Position numbers and translations under genes: made by a program. A model generated the notes under the pieces. That model had not been told where the DNA came from. It searched no databases and saw only the letters and a list, made by a program, of their open reading frames with translations. Below are positions 1 through 5,917 of a stretch of 64,000 nucleotides of DNA, in pieces. The stretch's first letter is position 1. Every line of letters begins with the position of its first letter. This DNA comes from a virus: the IMG/VR virus record IMGVR_UViG_3300045988_082442, positions 128,001 through 192,000 of that record; one strand, written 5' to 3'.

Positions 1-73
1 TAAAAATGTTCAGTAAGATGTTAATAAGAATGTAAGTAAGTTTTCTGGTATCTTGATAAAAACCAGAATATAT

Positions 74-146
74 CTCCTTATGGTGTAATAGGCAAACACG
101 CTACTGAGTGGTGGTAGAATTATAGGTTCGAGCCCTGTTGGGGAGG
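74..146 (+). tRNA. tRNA-like gene with non-canonical anticodon loop (GUG/His if read at standard positions)
   Basis: Hand fold: acceptor CTCCTTA/TGGGGAG (two G-U), D arm GTGT-AATAGGCAA-ACAC, T arm ATAGG-TTCGAGC-CCTGT, anticodon stem CTACT/GGTAG. The loop GAGTGGT lacks U33. Confidence 0.5.
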
Positions 147-272
147 ATAAATTCTATATATAGAATAATGTGTTACGCAGTATCTGTATTATAAGGTGAC
201 AAGTACACAGGACGCTGTGGAGGGTTTCAATTCCTGGTAGTTGATTAGGTCTACAAAATACAGATATAATAT

Positions 273-344
273 CAGGTGGTAGTTGATAGGAAAACACTTC
301 TACTAATGTATGAAGAGATGCTGGTTCGAATCCAGCCCTCCTGA
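273..344 (+). tRNA. tRNA-like gene, degenerate (possible pseudo-tRNA)
   Basis: Canonical T arm GCTGG-TTCGAAT-CCAGC. Acceptor CAGGTGG/CCTCCTG has one T-T mismatch. D loop contains GG. Anticodon arm pairs only 3-4 bp (CTTC..GAAG) around an 11-nt loop. Confidence 0.35.
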
Positions 345-357
345 CCTTTTCAAAAAT

Positions 358-443
358 GCAAGTATATCTCAACGGCAGAGCAGCCTCCAGTTGGGGGTGA
401 AAAGTAGCATACGATTGTGTAGGTTCGAATCCTACTACTTGCA
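358..443 (+). tRNA. class II (long variable arm) tRNA-like gene, anticodon arm non-canonical
   Basis: Perfect acceptor GCAAGTA/TACTTGC, T arm GTAGG-TTCGAAT-CCTAC, D loop AACGGCA, variable-arm hairpin GTA-GCA-TAC. The anticodon region GCCTCCAGTTGGGGGT folds as 6 bp with a 4-nt loop rather than 5 bp with a 7-nt loop. No encoded CCA. Confidence 0.5.
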
Positions 444-446
444 ACC

Positions 447-489
447 TAAAAATGACACAGATGTAAAAGAATATATTCATAGGTTATAT
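447..489 (+). ncRNA. candidate tRNA-flanked guide RNA: orphan 3' half of the CRISPR repeat (447-469) plus a 20-nt unique sequence (470-489)
   Basis: TAAAAATGACACAGATGTAAAAG matches the last ~21 nt of the array repeats. It starts 4 nt after the tRNA-like gene ending at 443. The 20 nt AATATATTCATAGGTTATAT that follow abut the 5' end of tRNA-Trp at 490. Confidence 0.45.
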
Positions 490-564
490 AGGAGCTTGGT
501 GTCAATGGTAGCACGACAGTCTCCAAAACTGTGAGTGAGAGTTCAAATCTTTCAGCTCCTGCCA
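490..564 (+). tRNA. tRNA-Trp (anticodon CCA), CCA end encoded
   Basis: Acceptor AGGAGCT/AGCTCCT, D arm GTGT-CAATGGTA-GCAC, anticodon stem ACAGT/ACTGT with loop CTCCAAA, T arm GAGAG-TTCAAAT-CTTTC, discriminator G then CCA. Confidence 0.9.
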
Positions 565-778
565 ACATATCAATAATTCTAAATAAAATAAAAATAATCA
601 GATTGGGTTTGGTACACCTGTAAGTTTGGGTATAGATATGGTCCTAAAAGGTCAGTCTTGATTATGCACAGAGATGTGCTGGCGAACGGTGAATTATTGA
701 TATAAACAGATTGGATTATAACCTCTATAAGTTCAAGATAGAATGGGCTTGAAATACAATCTGTCAGTAATTTAATAT
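565..778 (+). ncRNA. candidate tracrRNA-like RNA between two tRNAs (anti-repeat at about 608-641)
   Basis: No ORF. 613-622 TACACCTGTA is the exact reverse complement of repeat bases TACAGGTGTA. Ungapped extension pairs about 23 of 30 positions with array-1 repeat 1. A repeat-like ATGCACAGAGATGTGC hairpin lies at 663-680. Confidence 0.35.
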
Positions 779-864
779 GGGTAGTTGGGTGAGTGGCTAA
801 AACCATCAGACTGTAAATCTGACCTCATTTGAGTTCCCTAGTTCGAATCTAGGACTACCCACCA
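779..864 (+). tRNA. tRNA-Tyr (anticodon GTA), class II, CCA end encoded
   Basis: Acceptor GGGTAGT/ACTACCC, anticodon stem TCAGA/TCTGA with loop CTGTAAA, variable-arm hairpin CTC-ATTT-GAG, T arm CCTAG-TTCGAAT-CTAGG, A then CCA. Confidence 0.9.
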
Positions 865-870
865 GTAAAA

Positions 871-910
871 GGGCAATTTTACAGCCCTTGCAGGAAACTG
901 TGAACTGTGT
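871..910 (+). promoter_or_regulatory. conserved double-hairpin leader motif, copy A
   Basis: GGGCAATTTTACAGCCC TT GCAGGAAACTGT GAACTGTGT. It lies 9 nt upstream of the first repeat of array 1. Related copies are at 3019, 13279 and 17196. Confidence 0.7.
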
Positions 911-919
911 ATTCTGATA

Positions 920-1144
920 TTTTTATAGCTATATGAAATAATACAGGTGTAAAAGTGTTCTAACTGTTTTAGAGTATAATCGTTTGTTTTACAGATATAT
1001 GAAATAACACAGGTGTAAAAGCTAGACTGTAAATCTGGTCTCATTTGAGTTACTTTGTAGTTATATGAAATAGCACAGATGTAAAATTGGATAATATGTT
1101 CTGAATTGTTTTATAGCTATACAGAAATGACATGGATGTAAGAG
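920..1144 (+). CRISPR. CRISPR array 1: four 36-37-nt repeats, three spacers (30, 30, 20 nt)
   Basis: Repeats at 920-955, 986-1021, 1052-1087 and 1108-1144, with a 66-nt period for the first three. Consensus is GTTTTATAGCTATATGAAATAACACAGGTGTAAAAG. Spacers are unique. The array is 57 nt upstream of the RuvC nuclease gene on the same strand. Confidence 0.8.
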
Positions 1145-1201
1145 TTACGGCTAGGTATAGACATCAATAGTGATAAATAATTTATTTGGGGGTTAAAAAA
1201 A

Positions 1202-3007
1202 ATGAAAAGAAAAGAGTTAAACGAAGGAGTTCACTGTGTAGAATATGCTTTAATGCACATACCAGATGAATATAAGGAATTGTTAGAAAGACAATATAAT
1301 TATATGGAAGATTTCAAGAATGGCTTTATTAGTTATATGTGGAGATATATTTCAAAGCAACGAAAGGAAAACGAAGAATTTGATAAAGCCATGGCTGAAG
1401 TTAGATACTTAAATACAAAGGAAGGAAGAATTATAAAGAAGGATGAACGCTCTAATAGACTAAGTAAAGCATATACAACAATAGGTAATTTTGTAAAAGA
1501 AACAAAGTTATTAGATTCTGGAAGTAGACGAAAAGAATACTACAGTACAGTAAAAAATGTTTATTATGCTTGGATACCAGATGATAGTAGGTCTTATGCA
1601 ATAGATGATGTTTTATCAGCATTTGAAGTATTCTTCTTTGATAGGGGTAAAGCAGTATTCCAAAAGAAATATGGTCATACAAAAATATTACAATTTAAAC
1701 CAGCATACAGTAGAATGAAGAGTACTGGTGAAATCAATACAATAGTACAAACACCTAGCAGAGTTGTATTTGAAAATGGAAATCCTTATTTTGAAATGTG
1801 GGATTTAAGAGATTTAAAAGATATACCAGAAGAAGAATGTCAAAAAGGTAAAAGACATAGTAAGATAAGATTTAGAATGTATTGTAATGATAAAGATGAG
1901 TTACAAAGTTATATAAAAACAAACCCATACATAGGTGGAACTAAGTTATTAAGATACTGGAAGAAGGGAAAATGGAGATATAGAGTTCAATTAAACTTTG
2001 AAGCAATATCACCAGCAGTAAAACAAATGAGCAACGAAGAGCATATAATGGGAATAGACTTAGGTACAGAAACAATAGCTTGGGTAAGAGATGATGGAGA
2101 ACAAGCAATATGGGAGTTATCACCAGATACACCAAGGGTAACAGAAGAAATAAAGGAAATAGATGTATATTTAGATAATTCAAGAAGGGCTATGAATCCA
2201 GAATTATTTAGGGAAGATGGTACTAGAATAAGTAATAGGGAAGCTAGGGAATTAGGATTAGAAGAAAAGCATTCAAAAAGATATATAAAAGCAGCAGCAA
2301 GAAGAAAAGAATGTTTTAGATATTTAGGAGAAAAAAGAAAACTAAATAACAGAATCCTAGCTAAAAAGTTATTTGAATTAGGTAATGAGTTTCATATAGA
2401 AAATAATAAGGTTTCATCTTGGATGTTAAAAAGATGTCACATGGCTCTTAAAACAGCAATGAAATATGCTTCTGGAGCAAGAGCAAGTGATTATGGGAAA
2501 GTTGTAGCAGATAGAGCCCCAGGAATGATAGATGCAAGATTATCTCAATTAGCAGGACAAAAAGGACTTTCATACCATAAAATTGAGAAGATAGAAGGTT
2601 TTAAATGCACAGAATATAATCATTTTACGGATAAGAATGATTTATTCCAATATCTAAATGACAGAATTGTAGTATTAGATGTTGACAGTGTAAATGATGT
2701 CTATAAAGAGTTTATTACTGATTTTGGTGATACAATTACTGATTTAAAAATAGACGGAAAAGACATAATACTACAAAGAGATTTATATGCAGCAGCAAAA
2801 TTAGTTTATTGCACACCATATAAAGAAACTATTGTGAATAGTAAAGGTAGAAAGGTAGAAGTAACAAGATATAAATTTGATAGAGAAGGGTTTAGCAAAT
2901 TCTTTGTTGAGAAATTTTATCCAAAACATTTAGAGTATATAATGAATCTAAGGGCTGAGTTAGCTAATGGTAAGAAGCTAAGTGGTACTGTATTTGGTAA
3001 TATTTAA
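1202..3007 (+). CDS. TnpB-like RuvC nuclease; candidate miniature type V (Cas12-like) CRISPR effector, 601 aa
   Basis: RuvC-I HIMGIDLGTE (about nt 2050), RuvC-II FHIENNKV (about nt 2399) and RuvC-III ILQRDLYAAAKL (about nt 2780) occur in TnpB/Cas12 order. About 280 aa precede RuvC-I. The zinc-ribbon cysteines are absent. RBS GGGGG. A CRISPR array is adjacent. Confidence 0.75.
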   Translation: MKRKELNEGVHCVEYALMHIPDEYKELLERQYNYMEDFKNGFISYMWRYISKQRKENEEFDKAMAEVRYLNTKEGRIIKKDERSNRLSKAYTTIGNFVKETKLLDSGSRRKEYYSTVKNVYYAWIPDDSRSYAIDDVLSAFEVFFFDRGKAVFQKKYGHTKILQFKPAYSRMKSTGEINTIVQTPSRVVFENGNPYFEMWDLRDLKDIPEEECQKGKRHSKIRFRMYCNDKDELQSYIKTNPYIGGTKLLRYWKKGKWRYRVQLNFEAISPAVKQMSNEEHIMGIDLGTETIAWVRDDGEQAIWELSPDTPRVTEEIKEIDVYLDNSRRAMNPELFREDGTRISNREARELGLEEKHSKRYIKAAARRKECFRYLGEKRKLNNRILAKKLFELGNEFHIENNKVSSWMLKRCHMALKTAMKYASGARASDYGKVVADRAPGMIDARLSQLAGQKGLSYHKIEKIEGFKCTEYNHFTDKNDLFQYLNDRIVVLDVDSVNDVYKEFITDFGDTITDLKIDGKDIILQRDLYAAAKLVYCTPYKETIVNSKGRKVEVTRYKFDREGFSKFFVEKFYPKHLEYIMNLRAELANGKKLSGTVFGNI

Positions 3008-3018
3008 TATAAATTATA

Positions 3019-3053
3019 GGGTAATTTTACAGCCCTTGCAGGAAACTGCAAAT
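3019..3053 (+). promoter_or_regulatory. conserved double-hairpin leader motif, copy B
   Basis: GGGTAATTTTACAGCCC TT GCAGGAAACTGC AAAT, 12 nt after the effector stop codon. Confidence 0.7.
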
Positions 3054-3062
3054 AAAATATCA

Positions 3063-3089
3063 TTTTAAAGCTCTATGATATTGTAAAAG
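3063..3089 (+). repeat. degenerate, internally deleted CRISPR repeat
   Basis: TTTTAAAGCTCTATGATATTGTAAAAG keeps the repeat's 5' TTTTAnAGCT and 3' TGTAAAAG ends. It lies 10 nt after leader copy B and is followed by hairpin AAACTGAT-TTAAA-ATCAGTTT (3090-3110). Confidence 0.45.
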
Positions 3090-3157
3090 AAACTGATTTA
3101 AAAATCAGTTTGTATATTCTTTTTATATTTTTTGAATATTTTTTCATTTTAATTTCT

Positions 3158-3191
3158 TTCTATAGCTATTTAAAATACTATAGATATAGAG
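3158..3191 (+). repeat. degenerate CRISPR repeat copy
   Basis: TTCTATAGCTATTTAAAATACTATAGATATAGAG matches 25 of 34 positions of array-2 repeat 6 without gaps. About 37 nt of unique sequence follow, then the terminator. Confidence 0.5.
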
Positions 3192-3228
3192 TTAAAGACA
3201 TCCTATATACAAAGAAATATTCTAATTT

Positions 3229-3254
3229 AAAGGCAGAGAAATCTGCCTTTTTAA
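3229..3254 (+). terminator. intrinsic terminator closing the tRNA-CRISPR-effector unit
   Basis: AAGGCAGA-GAAA-TCTGCCTT followed by TTTTT. Confidence 0.8.
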
Positions 3255-3269
3255 TTTATTAAAAAATGC

Positions 3270-3298
3270 TTGACAAAATTTAAAACTTATACTATACT
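3270..3298 (+). promoter_or_regulatory. sigma-70-like promoter (family consensus)
   Basis: TTGACA, 17 nt, TATACT, within AAAAATGCTTGACAAAATTTAAAACTTATAC. Confidence 0.7.
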
Positions 3299-3338
3299 TA
3301 TTATAATAAGATGTTAATATATAGGAGGGGTGATTATA

Positions 3339-3797
3339 ATGACAAATGATTTAATAATTAGAAAAATAAATAATATTGATATATACGATTTAGAAGATGA
3401 GCAGATATTTGAATTAAAAGATACAATAGTTAAAAATGTAAATTTAAAACAGTTAAGAGAATCAGTAAATAAAGCAGTCTTAAATTTATCAGGGGTTGGG
3501 GACCCTACTTGGAATGCAGACTTAAACTTCATAGCATTAGATAACCAGAAAAGATTAAATATAGTCTATATGCTTATAAGCAATTTGGAGATGTTTGAAA
3601 TTAGTGTTTCTAATATCAAGAAGAATAAATATGGTTGTGCAATGGATTCAGAACAGTCATTGAGATTTTTAGGAATAACAAAAGATTTAGTAGATACAGT
3701 CATCAAGTTTGGAGAGTTTAAAATAGATGAAGCATACCAGAATAAGCTAGAACTAGAAGAAAACAAGAGATTAGAATTAGAAGGAGGGAATAACTAA
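3339..3797 (+). CDS. hypothetical protein
   Basis: ORF-track frame. ATG at 3339 lies 8 nt after GGAGGGG and is preferred over the GTG at 3330. Confidence 0.7.
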   Translation: MTNDLIIRKINNIDIYDLEDEQIFELKDTIVKNVNLKQLRESVNKAVLNLSGVGDPTWNADLNFIALDNQKRLNIVYMLISNLEMFEISVSNIKKNKYGCAMDSEQSLRFLGITKDLVDTVIKFGEFKIDEAYQNKLELEENKRLELEGGNN

Positions 3798-3808
3798 TAG
3801 AACCAGAT

Positions 3809-3925
3809 ATGAAGAAGTTAGATTATGCTTACAAAGAAAATCAAAGAAAGAAGAATGTTAAAGAATATCAAGATAAGTTCTTTAAGAAAATAACAAAGAA
3901 TAAATACCAAGGAAAGAGGGTGTAA
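3809..3925 (+). CDS. small basic hypothetical protein (38 aa)
   Basis: An ATG..TAA ORF fills the gap between neighbouring genes. It is below the ORF-track length cutoff. Confidence 0.3.
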   Translation: MKKLDYAYKENQRKKNVKEYQDKFFKKITKNKYQGKRV

Positions 3926-3927
3926 AT

Positions 3928-4146
3928 ATGCAGACATTGAATAAAATATTAAAATTAAAAGAAGATACTTATAATAAACTATTACAATCAGGAATTACAG
4001 TTGATTTAGCAAAGCAAGCATCTGAACTAACATATCAAATAAATGTATTAAGTGCAACACCAGAAGATTTAAAGAATGATGCTAATCTAAAAGCAGAATT
4101 TGAAAGATTTTGTAGGGAGGCACAAAATGATGAAAATAGGGGATAG
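3928..4146 (+). CDS. hypothetical protein
   Basis: ORF track; RBS AGAGGG upstream. Confidence 0.6.
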   Translation: MQTLNKILKLKEDTYNKLLQSGITVDLAKQASELTYQINVLSATPEDLKNDANLKAEFERFCREAQNDENRG

Positions 4147-4312
4147 AATAATATCAGTAAGAACAGGTGAAACTGGTACTGTTGTTACAGGACCAGAAGA
4201 GATACTAGGTATAATAAATTACGGTATTGAGTTTGATAACCCAGAAGCAAGAAAGTTATTCAATCCATTTTATGTACCAGAAGAATTATTAGTAAGTTTA
4301 AAAGAATATTAG
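4127..4312 (+). CDS. hypothetical protein
   Basis: ORF-track frame. ATG at 4127 follows GGGAGG and overlaps the end of the previous gene. Confidence 0.55.
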   Translation: MMKIGDRIISVRTGETGTVVTGPEEILGIINYGIEFDNPEARKLFNPFYVPEELLVSLKEY

Positions 4313-4325
4313 GGGGGGTATTGTT

Positions 4326-4703
4326 ATGATAATAGAAACAACATTTAATGATAATGATTTCACACATATATTAGATGAATATTGGAGTAGGTTTAGATTT
4401 GTAAATTATTACTATGGACTAGATAGAATAGAAGACCCAGCAGTATATAGAGATGCAAGAATAGATATGGAAAGCTTAATTGAAAAAGCAGTGTATAATG
4501 ATTTAGACCAAGAAGAATCAAAAAGGTTTTTATTATATATTAAAACCAGCATATTGGAATTTATAAAGGATAACTATCGAGATGATTATATATATTTAAG
4601 TGATAATTTTAAAGTTGCAATTAAGAAGTCAGTAGAAGATAAAAATTATAATGGAGAAATAGTATATTATTTCTTAACTAATAATGTATATATAACTATG
4701 TAG
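4326..4703 (+). CDS. hypothetical protein
   Basis: ORF track; GGGGGG RBS upstream. Confidence 0.65.
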   Translation: MIIETTFNDNDFTHILDEYWSRFRFVNYYYGLDRIEDPAVYRDARIDMESLIEKAVYNDLDQEESKRFLLYIKTSILEFIKDNYRDDYIYLSDNFKVAIKKSVEDKNYNGEIVYYFLTNNVYITM

Positions 4704-4743
4704 ATGTTATACTTATTAGATAAATAATATTGGAGGTAGAAAA

Positions 4744-5916
4744 GTGAATTTATTAGATAGTGTAGAAATTCAGAAATTAGAAGAGGATATAAAAAGATAT
4801 GCAAAAGCGTACTACGAGGGAAAAGCTCAAATCTCTGACTATGAGTTCGACAAACTTACAGATAGATTAAGAGATTTAAAACCAGACTCAACTGTATTAA
4901 GAACACCGGGATGGGGATATGAACAAACTGGTACAAAAGTAAAACATAAATATCAAATAGTTAAAAGTTTGGATAAGTGCAGAACATTTGATGAAATTCC
5001 AGAAAGATTTACAAATAAATCAGTAGCATTATCACCAAAACTAGATGGTCTTACAGGTGTATTCTATTATAAAAATGGTAGACTTATAAAAGCAATAACA
5101 AGAGGAAATGGAACAGAAGGCAAGGATATTACAGATAAAGCAAGACTAATAGTAGGTAATGAAATATTAGATAAGAACTTTACAGGTGGTGTTAGAGGTG
5201 AACTTGAAATTTCTAATACTAACTGGGAAATAATAAAGAGCAAATACCCAGAAGCTAAGAATGCAAGGAACTTATGTGCAGGTTGGATAAATTCAAAAGA
5301 CTATAATCCAGATGAAATAAAAATGATAGATTTTATTACTTATAAGGTAACTGGACAAGAAAGAGAAGAAGGAAAAGAAGATATATTTTATGATTTATCA
5401 AAAGTAGATAATATTGGTGAGATATGCTTTAATAGCAATCCAACTAAGTTTAATGTTATAGACTGGCTATCATATAACTTTAAAAATACAATACCAAAGG
5501 TACAAGCAACATTAACAAGAGATGGGTTTCAAGAATTTATGCAAAAGGTATTTACTGAATTTAAAACAAGTGATAGATATAATTTAGATTACGAACTAGA
5601 TGGTATTGTTATATCTGATATAGATGTAATATATCATAGAGCAGAAAATTCATATATTTATGATGAGTGTGCCTTTAAATTTGCAGCTGAATCTGCTGAG
5701 GCTAAGGTTACAGGAATTACTTGGAATATGACAAGAACACAAAGATTAGTTCCCATTGTTCAGTTTGAACCTGTATTTTTATCTGGTGCTGTTTTACAAA
5801 ATGCTACTGGACACAATGCAAAGTTTATATTAGATAATGAAATAAAAATTGGTTCTACTATTGAGATTTGCAGAAGTAATGAAGTAATTCCTTATATAAA
5901 GAAGGTAGTTGATTAA
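4744..5916 (+). CDS. ligA: NAD-dependent DNA ligase, N-terminal fragment (Ia, adenylation and OB domains)
   Basis: LigA Ia-like YYEGKAQISDYEFDKL, adenylation motif I SPKLDGLTG, and ELDGIVISD. The fragment ends where an OB domain would end. GTG start after GGAGG. Confidence 0.8.
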   Translation: MNLLDSVEIQKLEEDIKRYAKAYYEGKAQISDYEFDKLTDRLRDLKPDSTVLRTPGWGYEQTGTKVKHKYQIVKSLDKCRTFDEIPERFTNKSVALSPKLDGLTGVFYYKNGRLIKAITRGNGTEGKDITDKARLIVGNEILDKNFTGGVRGELEISNTNWEIIKSKYPEAKNARNLCAGWINSKDYNPDEIKMIDFITYKVTGQEREEGKEDIFYDLSKVDNIGEICFNSNPTKFNVIDWLSYNFKNTIPKVQATLTRDGFQEFMQKVFTEFKTSDRYNLDYELDGIVISDIDVIYHRAENSYIYDECAFKFAAESAEAKVTGITWNMTRTQRLVPIVQFEPVFLSGAVLQNATGHNAKFILDNEIKIGSTIEICRSNEVIPYIKKVVD

Positions 5917-5917
5917 T

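Noticed and set aside
74-443. Suppressor tRNAs or an alternative genetic code as the reason for the odd anticodon loops
   Set aside because: All long ORFs in the window, up to 1176 codons, are intact under the standard code. Nothing indicates stop-codon reassignment.
707-763. Possible minimal tRNA: CAGATTG...CAATCTG perfect 7-bp closing stem
   Set aside because: It is only 57 nt long and has no recognisable D or T arms. It is more likely a local helix within the candidate ncRNA.
154-1044. ORF-track entries 154-480(-), 310-534(+), 579-806(-) and 838-1044(-)
   Set aside because: They run through tRNA genes, the candidate ncRNA and CRISPR array 1. None has an RBS, and their sequences are low-complexity. 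They are treated as chance ORFs in non-coding RNA loci.
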